Assembly: GCA_005888745.1 (NCBI GenBank)
Contig: VBBS01000031.1
Location: 55,614-119,613 of the forward strand
Direction of reading: 5' to 3'
Origin: Candidatus Bathyarchaeota archaeon
GTDB taxonomy: Archaea; Thermoproteota; Bathyarchaeia; 40CM-2-53-6
DNA length: 64,000 bases
The notes under the pieces are model-generated. The model saw nothing but the letters and a program-made list of their open reading frames with translations. It had not been told where the DNA came from and did not search any database. The position numbers were made by a program, and so were the translations under genes. This document shows, piece by piece, positions 29,435 through 38,643 of this stretch (position 1 is its first letter; the number at the start of each line of letters is the position of its first letter).

Positions 29435-31830
29435 TCTTTATCCTTCTTCAACTGGTCTTTTACCGACTGGAAGAATTCCTGGTTCTCGATTCTTCCTGCT
29501 TCCGCCTTTACAGCCTCGAGGTCGATCTTCAACCTCGCATGTGTCACCTTGTGTCTCCTGAACGCTAGGAAGGTGCCGATCAAGAGCGTAGCGATTAGAG
29601 CAGCAAGGATGCCGAAATAGTACAATGGAAAAGATACGTTGCTGCTTGGCTGATTTGGTTGGATCGCGATGGTGGATGTCGCGGTTTTTGTCGATCCATT
29701 GTTGTCAACAGCAGTAATCGTGACTGTGTAGGTCGCCGAGGGAGAGGAACTCGCCAACGAGTAGGTGTGACTATCAGTCGTTGTCCCCGGAGCGATTGTA
29801 TCGACCTTTCCATCACCCCAGTTCACGGTGACGCCCGTTACTGTTCCATCCGGGTCGGAGGACGAGAACGTTACAGTGACCGCCTGGCCAGACGTGCCAG
29901 ACGCCGACGGCGGAGTCCACGTTATCACGGGCGGTTGGTCGGTGACCGTGATGCTGGGCGTCGCACTTGATGTCGAACCGCTATTGTCGTGTACCGTTAC
30001 GGTAATGGTGTAGGTTGCCGAAGGAATTCCGTTTGCCAACGAGTAGGAGTGACTATCCGTGGAAGGAGGCCCTGATATCGTATCGACGATTCCGTCTCCC
30101 CAGTTGACCGTAGTGGTTGCAATCGTGCCGTCGGAATCAGAGGCGGAGATGGTAACGATGACGGCTTGCCCCGGTGCAGGAGTTGTGGAGGATGTTGTTA
30201 TCGTGACGACAGGCGGTCGATCGGTGATAGTTACCGCCTGGATGGAGACAGATGTGGAGCCGCTATTGTCGGTAACATTCAGCCTCGCCGTGTATATGCC
30301 GGCGACCGAATAGCTGTGAGACGGTGCGGCTCCAGATCCCGTCGATCCGTCACCGAAATCCCAGGCATAGCCTACGATCGTTCCGTCGGGATCAAAACTC
30401 GCGGTCCCGTCGAAGCTCACTGAGACAGCTGTTAGAATTGTCCCGCTCGTGAAACTGAAGATCGCTGTAGGGAGCCTGTCTTGTAACTGGATTGTCTTAG
30501 TGGCCTTTCCGGAGTTTACCGGGGACGTTGAGTCTGCTCCGGCCACCGTAAGCGACCATAGACCTCCCGGCTCATTGCCGGGGGTATATTGTCCAACCCA
30601 GAGGTTGAGGGTTGAATCGAAGACTACCGGTATTGTATCGTTATGTCCGCCTCCCGAGAATAGGAGGAAGGCAGCTACTTGGCCCGACTGTAGGTTTGTT
30701 AAGTCAGGGTAATCGATCGTGGCGTTGAACCTGATCTGTTCGCCTATGGCAAAATAAGGCTTGGAAGTAATAGTGATCGTGAGCGTTGCGGGTTGAAGTT
30801 GAGGTGATGTTGTCACTGGGATGCTTGGGCCATTGTTTCCGAATCCATCATCGAAACCGTTGACCCCTAGCGACGAAGTCCAAACGCCTGTCTGATTATT
30901 AGGAAATGTCTTGTAGGTTGCGTTGAAGGTCTGAGCGACACTGTCATAAACGGCTGTTAGTGGTACTGTGCTTCCGCCGGGGCTTGCTAAAGTCACCAGT
31001 GCTGTTCCGCTGTTAGCGTATTGTCCATCTGGGTAGGTTGACTTGAATGAGAATTTCATTGTCTCCGTTCTCTGATAGGAGGCTTTGCTAGATGTGAATG
31101 TTGAGATCGACATTGTTGCAGCTCGTACAATGAACCCTTGAGCGTCCGGCGGGTTCTTCGCCGTAACCTGGCCTGTTATGGTGATCAGATAGTTGTCGAT
31201 GATTGCGTTTCTAGGGATCTTCCAGGAGCCGGTGACTATTCCCGTTGATGAGGCTGCAGTTGTTGTGTTGAGAACGACTGTTGAACTCGTTTGGGCTCTT
31301 ATGATAACCGTTGCCGATTCTAAGCTATTGTATCCTGTAGCTCTTATTCCCACCGTGTCAGTCCTTTGATACTCGGTATTGTCCGTGAGAATAAAGAAGA
31401 AACCATTGGTAGTAAGGGCCACAGCAGTGTTTGTTGCCAATGCCGGCCTCGTCTGGTTAACCCATCCGACATACTGCCCTACGAGGGAGCTTGTGCCGCC
31501 ACCGACACCTGTGAAAGCAGCGCTCGGATATGACGGGAGTAGGCTGAACTGCGTTTGACCTGAGAACGTCGTATAGTTTTCGAGAACGGAATTCCATACC
31601 TTTGTCGAGGGATCCCGAACGTGGAAGCTGAACTGATAGAGTGTACTAGGAGAAGCTCCAACTACATTCAGAATTAGAAGAACCGAGTATCCCTCTTGCG
31701 TGATGAATGGTAGCGGTGTCAACGAATATTGAGGAACGGCATGCGCGGAAGGAGGAAGACCTGCAAAGGTCAGAGAGATAATCGATACCGCAAAGAGGAC
31801 AGCGTATCTAGTCGTTTTGGCTTGTGGCAC
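29431..31830 (-). CDS. Large secreted surface protein with tandem PKD domains, an N-terminal signal peptide, and a C-terminal TM anchor plus charged tail
   Basis: Signal peptide (MPQAKTTRYAVLFAVSIISLTFAGLPPSAHA). At least three PKD repeats (WDFGDGS..., VNWGDGIVDT..., VNWGDGKVDT...), which also show as ~290-nt DNA-level repeats. C-terminal hydrophobic helix followed by a KE-rich tail. The stop overlaps the MinD start. Confidence 0.75.
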   Translation of the reverse strand: MPQAKTTRYAVLFAVSIISLTFAGLPPSAHAVPQYSLTPLPFITQEGYSVLLILNVVGASPSTLYQFSFHVRDPSTKVWNSVLENYTTFSGQTQFSLLPSYPSAAFTGVGGGTSSLVGQYVGWVNQTRPALATNTAVALTTNGFFFILTDNTEYQRTDTVGIRATGYNSLESATVIIRAQTSSTVVLNTTTAASSTGIVTGSWKIPRNAIIDNYLITITGQVTAKNPPDAQGFIVRAATMSISTFTSSKASYQRTETMKFSFKSTYPDGQYANSGTALVTLASPGGSTVPLTAVYDSVAQTFNATYKTFPNNQTGVWTSSLGVNGFDDGFGNNGPSIPVTTSPQLQPATLTITITSKPYFAIGEQIRFNATIDYPDLTNLQSGQVAAFLLFSGGGHNDTIPVVFDSTLNLWVGQYTPGNEPGGLWSLTVAGADSTSPVNSGKATKTIQLQDRLPTAIFSFTSGTILTAVSVSFDGTASFDPDGTIVGYAWDFGDGSTGSGAAPSHSYSVAGIYTARLNVTDNSGSTSVSIQAVTITDRPPVVTITTSSTTPAPGQAVIVTISASDSDGTIATTTVNWGDGIVDTISGPPSTDSHSYSLANGIPSATYTITVTVHDNSGSTSSATPSITVTDQPPVITWTPPSASGTSGQAVTVTFSSSDPDGTVTGVTVNWGDGKVDTIAPGTTTDSHTYSLASSSPSATYTVTITAVDNNGSTKTATSTIAIQPNQPSSNVSFPLYYFGILAALIATLLIGTFLAFRRHKVTHARLKIDLEAVKAEAGRIENQEFFQSVKDQLKKDKE

Positions 31831-32029
31831 CTGACTGCTCCCCGCGAAACAGAACCTGTCGAACGAGAACCAACACGGGACTAAAGTCTCACGTAACTTC
31901 GAATGAGAGCCGAAGGTATCGCGAGGGATCGGTCAACCGAACCATAGACTCGCCGAGAAGACACATTCCCTGGAACAAAACCGGCTATATCTTGGAGGAA
32001 ACCAATAAAGGGGGCTATCAGCGAGGTCG

Positions 32030-32443
32030 TTGATTGTTTCAATCATGACGAAACTCGATGATGATGCACGGAAGATTCTCGAAGGTAAGAACTTCATCTT
32101 CTTAGCCACCGTAAATCCCGACGGCTCGCCTCAGGTCACTCCCACATGGGTCGATACGGACGGGCATCATGTGCTCATCAATACAGCAGTCGGCCGCGTG
32201 AAACACCGAAACGTCAAGAAGAATCCGCAGGTTGCGCTAGCGATTACGGAGCAAGGGAACCCGTACAAGCTCGTAATGATTCGAGGTCGCGTCATCGAAC
32301 AGGTAACCGGACCGGAAGCCGAAGGGCACATCGATAAAATGGCGAAGAAATATACTGGTGCTGAAAAATATCAGAATAGACGACCAGGCGAGAAGAGGGT
32401 TCTATTGAAGATCGAGCCCCATCACGTTTCCCGGATGCGATAA
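32030..32443 (+). CDS. PPOX-class F420/FMN-dependent split-barrel flavoprotein
   Basis: ...NFIFLATVNPDGSPQVTPTWVDTDGHHVLINTAVGRVKHRNVKKNPQVALAI... is the classic PNPOx-like/FDOR pattern. Confidence 0.65.
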   Translation: MIVSIMTKLDDDARKILEGKNFIFLATVNPDGSPQVTPTWVDTDGHHVLINTAVGRVKHRNVKKNPQVALAITEQGNPYKLVMIRGRVIEQVTGPEAEGHIDKMAKKYTGAEKYQNRRPGEKRVLLKIEPHHVSRMR

Positions 32444-32527
32444 ACAACTAGCTGTAGCCGGAATCGGTACGAGTTAGTTGCGATTCTAGGCAGAGTCTTC
32501 TCGGCTAAGACGTGAAGAACAAGACGA

Positions 32528-32983
32528 CTATGTGACTTCTATAACGCGGCCGGTTTGAGCCTGATACTGATATCGTATGATTCTCTTCACGCAGTCCCCG
32601 TTCCAGCATTGGTAGACCCTATCGCCATTAGCAAACAACTCCCGCATAACCATGGGCTTGCCGCATCCGACGCAGTGGAAGGCTCCAGATCGTCGCTCGT
32701 CGAGGAGAAGCCGGAGATCGATCCCCCTAGTATCAGCCTCCTTCTTCATAGCCTGTCTATACGTGAGTGTAAGCGCCTGCCAGTAGGCAGCGTTTTGCGG
32801 CGTCGTCTCGTACTCGAAATTGCGGCCAGCGACGACAGGTGGGCTGTAGCCCTCAGCGACGTAAACTGGATTCTTGGAGTATGGCACCTTGATTCGTGGA
32901 GCCCCACTGTGAGGAGCAGCATGACTCGTTGGAATCGAATGATTGCTATCATGATGAATGGGCGGGTGATGGGTAGTGGGCAC
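32528..32983 (-). CDS. Hypothetical His-rich protein with a C-terminal zinc-ribbon (CVGCG...CWNGDC)
   Basis: 151-aa ORF. Which strand is real is ambiguous; the minus strand is preferred because of the zinc-ribbon motif. Confidence 0.3.
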   Translation of the reverse strand: MPTTHHPPIHHDSNHSIPTSHAAPHSGAPRIKVPYSKNPVYVAEGYSPPVVAGRNFEYETTPQNAAYWQALTLTYRQAMKKEADTRGIDLRLLLDERRSGAFHCVGCGKPMVMRELFANGDRVYQCWNGDCVKRIIRYQYQAQTGRVIEVT

Positions 32984-33016
32984 TGTTAGCCCTTCCAGCC
33001 TAACGTTTGGCGAGGG

Positions 33017-33913
33017 CTACTTCTTTTTGCTTGTACGAGGCTTGTCCGACGTCAGTACAGGAACTGGGAGCGGAACCTCTACGATTCCAGAAGCTGTAAC
33101 CTGGAATGTCACCCAATGGGTTTCATGAGGCGCCCCCTTCATCTTTCGTATCCGGAACTGTTTGACGAGTAGGCCTCTATCGGCGAACCCGGGGTTGAAT
33201 CTCACATCAACTATTCCGTCAACCACATAGAACAATAGATCGTCAAGGTCAGCATACGCGCGAAGCGGCGTGTGGTGAGAGCAGAAGAAGGGAACTAGAC
33301 GTTCCTTGGGACCCTTAGCCCGCCAAGACTTGACACCGTCAAGCATGTGGAAGACCAACGGTCTCTCTTCCTGAACAAGTGTAAACATCTCTGTCAAGGA
33401 ATCGACAAAGACGGCGCCTCTTCCCATCATTTTCATTTCTTCCATCATCGTGAAGAGAGCGCTCGTGACAGAGTGAAGATCTTTCGGATCCTTGACAAAG
33501 TGGGAATATTTCGGAGTCTCAGTTGGTTCCATTCTGAAAGAGAAGCAGTCTAGAAACCTGAGCTGGCCGGAATCCAAATACCGGTCGATGTCCCAGCCGA
33601 ATGACTCCATGTCCTGTTGAAGTGCTATTGGAGGTCCTTCAAAATTCATGTAGATGCACGGCTCCTTCTCTACCTTTAGCATGCTGTAGAGGAGCTGTTC
33701 CATCAGCACGGATTTTCCTGTCCCAAGGTCTCCTGCCAGAATTGTAAGGCTGTTTCTGGGTATCCCCTTTGGAAGGACTTTGTCCACAGCGTCAATTCCG
33801 GTCTCGAACGACTTTGGCAGTCCGACCATCCTTCGAGTTTCAACGGATTTAGCTGTCGAGATAAAGGATATTGTAACTGTCTTGAAGGTTAGCCCTATGC
33901 TAAACTGTGTCAT
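33017..33913 (-). CDS. KaiC-like / RecA-superfamily ATPase (single KaiC domain)
   Basis: Walker A ILAGDLGTGKSVL, followed by the KaiC-type core and Walker B (...AVFVDSL). Confidence 0.7.
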   Translation of the reverse strand: MTQFSIGLTFKTVTISFISTAKSVETRRMVGLPKSFETGIDAVDKVLPKGIPRNSLTILAGDLGTGKSVLMEQLLYSMLKVEKEPCIYMNFEGPPIALQQDMESFGWDIDRYLDSGQLRFLDCFSFRMEPTETPKYSHFVKDPKDLHSVTSALFTMMEEMKMMGRGAVFVDSLTEMFTLVQEERPLVFHMLDGVKSWRAKGPKERLVPFFCSHHTPLRAYADLDDLLFYVVDGIVDVRFNPGFADRGLLVKQFRIRKMKGAPHETHWVTFQVTASGIVEVPLPVPVLTSDKPRTSKKK

Positions 33914-34017
33914 CCGCCAGCGCAGAATGAGGGTTTAGTCAGAAACCGTGAGTTGAGTAGGGTCAATACTCAATGGCGTTGGTTGGAGAAGAAAATGGAG
34001 GTGGCCGGACTTTTGTC

Positions 34018-34404
34018 TCAGTGTATCTGGGCGGCAATTGTTCTAATGAAGGATTTGTCAAGCGCGCCGGCTTCGTAGAGGTTCACCATCGTGTTGGTGC
34101 TAGCCTCGCCGCTCAGTCTTCCAAGGTCGCCTCTGACATGTCTCCATTTTAGCTGAGTGTGCCCACTCTTGGAGTTGTAGATTATCCCTAAAACATAGCT
34201 CACGCGGACGAAGCTGATATCGTTCACCCGGCTCAAAGTCACCTTGTCTTCAGCCTCAACGTACATCGTTCCTAGTTCGCGGGCTCTTTCCGGAAACACG
34301 GAAAGCTCCGCCCCGTACTCACTTGGAATAAAGGAACGACACGTGCTCGTAATCATGAACCTTCGAAAGCTCTCCAGCATGCACGTCGTTTCCAGCCTAG
34401 CCAT
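34018..34404 (-). CDS. Hypothetical protein downstream of the KaiC-like gene
   Basis: 128-aa ORF with no recognisable motif. Confidence 0.3.
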   Translation of the reverse strand: MARLETTCMLESFRRFMITSTCRSFIPSEYGAELSVFPERARELGTMYVEAEDKVTLSRVNDISFVRVSYVLGIIYNSKSGHTQLKWRHVRGDLGRLSGEASTNTMVNLYEAGALDKSFIRTIAAQIH

Positions 34405-34470
34405 TCTCTAATCCCCTAACTCTTCGTTTCAAGATAGAAAGAGCCGATTGAGGCTATTAACTTGGTTCTG

Positions 34471-35692
34471 TTAACTCTTCGTCTGTTGAGTTAGCTTCGG
34501 GGCATCGACTCGGGGGATTACCGTCGTCGTCGGGTTCCCCTTCACAGCTTCAACTGCCCTGCCTTGCGCCTCGACGAAGGGAGGCCGGGAACGTGCGAAC
34601 CTCACCCGTCCCGCCGGGCCAGGTTGATGGCCGCTACTGTGTCCCGGTCCATTACTACCCGACAATTGCCGCATCAGAGCTTACGTTCCAGTTTCTTGTC
34701 CGATTGGAGTCTCTGCCCGCATCTCGGACAGCCCAGACTGGAACCTCTGGTCTCACGCCTAGACAAACGGATGACCGACGGGCCGACCCATCGCGCCTTG
34801 TATTCTATCTGTCGTTGAGCCTCACCGAAACCCACCCGTTCATCCTACCCCGATATTTTCTACCCTGACCATTACCCTTACGGTAGAGCGTTTGGATGCC
34901 CTCAATATTCTCGAGAACTATTGCTGTTCTCCGCTGGACTGCCACTGCAACAATCGTCTTTGTGGCACTGTGGAGTATCTGACCGGTTCTAGCGGCTCTC
35001 CGTTGTCCATACCTGGAAGCTAACCCTGTTCGTATCCTATCATCGTCCCCGTGTGAAAGAGGCGACCATACGCATGGTAGCCTTGGCTATTCTCACACAC
35101 TTCAAGAGAATCATAGTGGCATGTCTCCTGGTCGTTTCCAACTGTGAGGTTACGAAGATTACGGTCCACGCCTACCGTGGAGTTGCCCTGTAATAGGGGA
35201 GTGTCGCGGGCGATGCAGAGGCTCAGTCTTCCGGGTGAGGGTGAAAGAGCGAACCTCGACTCCCGGCTGAGGTATGACCTCTAACACGCGCTTGGTCAAA
35301 GATATGCTGAAACGTTTACCTCTCGATACGGGAATCCTCAGCCCTCCGTTCTCTATCTTGAACCCGTAACAGGAGACGAGCTGCTGTCTGAAGGAATACG
35401 GGGTCCTAGCGGCGAAGCCTCTGGGGATAGACTTCTTTCGAGCAGCTAGTATTCCCGCGGCTCTGCTTATCGCGCAGAGCCTGTAGCAGCTGGGAGAATC
35501 GTACTGGACGAGCTGGTTGTAGGAGTGTAGTGAAAGCCTTCTCAGCGAAGATACATCATTCAACAGACCGACCCGTATGGAATTGTTAACCATCCGTCTG
35601 AACACGTCCAATAATCGGAGAACATGAGCTACAGGAGCATAGTACTGCCGGACAGACTTGAAGGCTAACACAACAAAACGACAGTGAGCCAA
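34471..35692 (-). pseudogene. tnpB: Near full-length TnpB (IS200/IS605 OrfB) locus, disrupted; same family as 10666..11276
   Basis: N-terminal 177-aa ORF (AHCRFVVLAFKS...LLDVFRRMVNNSIRVGL...) and a C-terminal ORF whose tail VRFARSRPPFVEAQGRAVEAVKGNPTTTVIPRVDAPKLTQQTKS matches locus 10666..10926. The middle ~480 nt has no continuous frame. Confidence 0.6.
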
Positions 35693-35869
35693 GATCCTAG
35701 GTATGAGCCAGAGGCATCCGACGGTAATTTAACAGAGCCCTCTCCAAAAGCTTCAACTGGTTTCGCATCAAGAATCAAAGATGGCGCAGTGATAACGTAC
35801 CAGACCTCTTTTTACCCGCTAACTTATCTTCCCGAATACATAGATTTCATCCCGAGTAAGGCGTTGTAG

Positions 35870-36268
35870 ATGGCTATCCTCGTCAGGGTCCCAGTGCCGA
35901 TTCTAGAGGACCTGGTCGAGGCTGCAGTCTCGAAACAGGGAAACATCTACCGCGCTGAACTTGCCAAGCTGATTGGTGCTTCCAAGGAATCGCTCGACGG
36001 CAAAACGTCATTGTATTTGATCAGCCTCATGAAGCTCTGCGGTTTCGCCGAAGCAGACATGGCTAATGTTTTGAGAAAGTCGAAGATCGTGAACCAGCGA
36101 GGAGCGGTGACCCACGACATCTCTTCCGGGGATGAGCTGAAAGGAGTAATCGATAATGCGCTGGAAGGATTCCAGTTATTGATCTCCGAGAGCTTCAAGC
36201 CAACTGAGCCGGAAAAGGAGGGATTGTTCAACCCGTCTGCCTATAGAAAGAAGCCTCCCGAAAAATGA
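35870..36268 (+). CDS. Hypothetical soluble protein
   Basis: 132 aa, not hydrophobic, so it is not nuoA. Confidence 0.35.
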   Translation: MAILVRVPVPILEDLVEAAVSKQGNIYRAELAKLIGASKESLDGKTSLYLISLMKLCGFAEADMANVLRKSKIVNQRGAVTHDISSGDELKGVIDNALEGFQLLISESFKPTEPEKEGLFNPSAYRKKPPEK

Positions 36269-36453
36269 AAATCCGCAGCCCCCGAAAGAGGCGTAAGGCA
36301 AACACATTCTACCCGTTGAAGCCGTCTCTCCAGTAGAGTCTAGCCAAGAGTCTTATCACGAGGAACCACGATAAACTAACGTAAATCTCGTAATAGTCGT
36401 GAAGATGCGGATAAATAGGCAAAACAAGCTAGAATCTGGTAGTTGAAAGAGAA

Positions 36454-37005
36454 TTGTCCGCTCAGAGACCTGCCCAAGAAGAAGACCCTGTAGCGACGCT
36501 TGCAGAGGGCCTGAGCATCTGGGTTGGAAAACTCAGCGATCTTGTCAAGAAGGTCGTTGACACCGGGCCGATTCGAAATGTGATCAACTGGGCGCGAATG
36601 TACTCTCTATGGCCGGTCAATATCACAACTGCCTGTTGCAGTGCTGAGTTCGGCGCAGCTAGCGGCGCACGACACGATCTTGAAAGATTTGGGGTTTTGC
36701 CGATAGGCTCTCTCCGGCAATCAGACCTGATAGTGATCGAGGGAACTATCACGAAGAAGATGGCGAAACGGCTCCGGATGATCTACGACCAGATGGCGTT
36801 GCCCAGATACGTTATTGCAATGGGAGACTGCGCTATGTCCGGCGGCCTATTCCATGACTCCTATAGTATAGTGAATGGCGCGCACGAGTTTGTCCCAGTG
36901 GACGTATACGTCCCGGGTTGCCCCCCAAGACCAGAGGCCTTGGAGCAAGCGATCATCATGCTCCAAGAGAAGATTCGAAGGTCAAAGGTGTACGAGCAGG
37001 GATGA
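36454..37005 (+). CDS. nuoB: NADH:quinone oxidoreductase / Fpo-type complex subunit B (20 kDa, N2 cluster)
   Basis: ...TTACCSAEF...GDCAMSGG...VPGCPPRPE are the cluster N2 ligands. Confidence 0.9.
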   Translation: MSAQRPAQEEDPVATLAEGLSIWVGKLSDLVKKVVDTGPIRNVINWARMYSLWPVNITTACCSAEFGAASGARHDLERFGVLPIGSLRQSDLIVIEGTITKKMAKRLRMIYDQMALPRYVIAMGDCAMSGGLFHDSYSIVNGAHEFVPVDVYVPGCPPRPEALEQAIIMLQEKIRRSKVYEQG

Positions 37006-37484
37006 GCCTTTCTCACGAAAGAGAAGATGCTCTCGTACAAAAGCTCAAAGAGAGCTTTCCCGCCGACATCAAGGAAACGAACATTATCCGCCGCGCCAGG
37101 CTTGAAGTGACCGTCGCTCCAGAGAAGATCAAGGACATCGCAGTATTTCTCCGAGACAAACTCGGGTTTGACCATCCAAACGGGGTTTCTGCTGTTGACT
37201 ATAACCGAGAAAACAGGTTCGAGATCGTCTATCATGTTTCATCGATGGGCATCAGGGAAATGCGAGATCTTGTTCTCGACTTGAAAGAGTCGGTTCCAAG
37301 AAACGCGCCGAGGGTGGGGTCTCTGGTCTCGGTCTGGTCGGGTGTTGAGAACTATGAGCGAGAAAGCTTCGAGATGTTCGGAATAGCTTTCGAGGGTCAC
37401 CCGAGATTGGAGAAGCTGTTTCTGACCGACAACTGGGATGGGCCCCCTCCTCTCCGGAAAGACATACGATTTCCTACGGACTGA
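37002..37484 (+). CDS. nuoC: Complex-I-like subunit C (30 kDa)
   Basis: NuoC fold (...ERESFEMFGIAFEGHPRLEKLFL...). The ATG overlaps the nuoB stop (ATGA). Confidence 0.85.
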   Translation: MSLSHEREDALVQKLKESFPADIKETNIIRRARLEVTVAPEKIKDIAVFLRDKLGFDHPNGVSAVDYNRENRFEIVYHVSSMGIREMRDLVLDLKESVPRNAPRVGSLVSVWSGVENYERESFEMFGIAFEGHPRLEKLFLTDNWDGPPPLRKDIRFPTD

Positions 37485-37491
37485 GACGACA

Positions 37492-38637
37492 ATGTCAGCG
37501 CCTCCTAAACCCGTTCCCCTGACAACTGTCGAGTCCACTGAGACTTCTGAGTCTGGGGCTCAAACGCTCACGTTGAGCGTTGGTCCTCAGCACTCCGGCT
37601 CAGGACACATGCGGTTGATCGTGGAGGTGGATGGCGACATCATTGTTAACGTTGCCCCGGACCCCGGCTATGTTCACAGAGGGATCGAGAAGATTATTGA
37701 GCTCAGAAATATTATCAAGAGTATTCCGGTCATCGAGAGACCCTCGATCATCGATGCTTCCAATCTCAACCATGCATGGGTGAGGTCGATCGAGGAGATT
37801 CAAGGGGTGGAAGTTCCTCGAAGGGGACAATACCTCAGGAGTCTCCTGAACGAGATGAACAGGATCATGAGCCACCTCTACTGGCTCTCTATCTACGGCG
37901 TATTCCTCGGACATACCACCATGTTCATGTGGCCCCTCGGTGACAGAGAGCTATTCATCGATCTAGCTGAGAAGCTTACCGGCGCCAGGATCACCTACTC
38001 CTATCTTGTGCCCGGTGGGGTCCGGCGTGATCTGCCGCCTGGGTTCGCTGAGGAGGCTATCAAGAGAACAGAATACTTTGAGAAACGCTTGAAGGAGTAC
38101 GACCGGATATTCTTCAACAACCCGTTATTCACGTCTCGGGCGAAAGGAATCGGGGTCCTCTCCAAAGAGAAAGCGATCGACCTAGGGTGTACGGGGCCGA
38201 CACTTCGAGGTTCAGGTGTTGACGCCGACCTTCGCAAGGACGAGCCCTACGCCGCCTATCCTGAACTCGACTTCGAGGTCTCAACCCGACCCGACGGTGA
38301 TTCCTTCAGTAGGGCGATGGTCCACATGGATGAAATGCGAGAGAGTTGCAAGATAATACGCCAGATCGTCAAGAAGATTCCTTCGGGGCCAATCAGGAGG
38401 AAGGCGCCGATAGTGTTGCCTCGTGGTATCGCGTATGGAAGGGTTGAGTCGGCTCGAGGCGAATGCAGCTTCTATCTCATAGGCGAAGGAGGCGACAAAC
38501 CTTACCGGGCTCGGTATATCACCGGTTCCTACCGCAATATGGCCGCTATCCCAGCGGTTCTGCTTGGAAACAGGTTGGCGGACATGCCTACTGCATGGTG
38601 GAGCATAGACTACTGGCCAGTAGAGGCGGACAGGTAG
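37492..38637 (+). CDS. nuoD: Complex-I-like subunit D (49 kDa)
   Basis: NuoD/NiFe-large-subunit-like fold with the RGxE...H signature. The start is taken at the internal Met after the nuoC stop. Confidence 0.85.
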   Translation: MSAPPKPVPLTTVESTETSESGAQTLTLSVGPQHSGSGHMRLIVEVDGDIIVNVAPDPGYVHRGIEKIIELRNIIKSIPVIERPSIIDASNLNHAWVRSIEEIQGVEVPRRGQYLRSLLNEMNRIMSHLYWLSIYGVFLGHTTMFMWPLGDRELFIDLAEKLTGARITYSYLVPGGVRRDLPPGFAEEAIKRTEYFEKRLKEYDRIFFNNPLFTSRAKGIGVLSKEKAIDLGCTGPTLRGSGVDADLRKDEPYAAYPELDFEVSTRPDGDSFSRAMVHMDEMRESCKIIRQIVKKIPSGPIRRKAPIVLPRGIAYGRVESARGECSFYLIGEGGDKPYRARYITGSYRNMAAIPAVLLGNRLADMPTAWWSIDYWPVEADR

Positions 38638-38643
38638 AAAGCA

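Noticed and set aside
29600-30500. ~290-nt DNA-level direct repeats inside the 29431..31830 gene
   Set aside because: They encode successive PKD domains, so this is protein-domain repetition, not a non-coding repeat or CRISPR.
29595-30712. Plus-strand ORFs (29659..29970, 29828..30013, 30059..30313, 30166..30423, 30449..30712) antisense to the PKD surface-protein gene
   Set aside because: These are shadow frames of a repetitive GC-rich gene. The minus-strand product has a coherent signal peptide, PKD repeats and TM anchor.
32555-32989. Plus-strand ORF 32555..32989 overlapping the minus-strand zinc-ribbon ORF
   Set aside because: Only one strand can be coding. The minus strand has a zinc-ribbon motif while the plus-strand product has none. 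Both calls remain weak.
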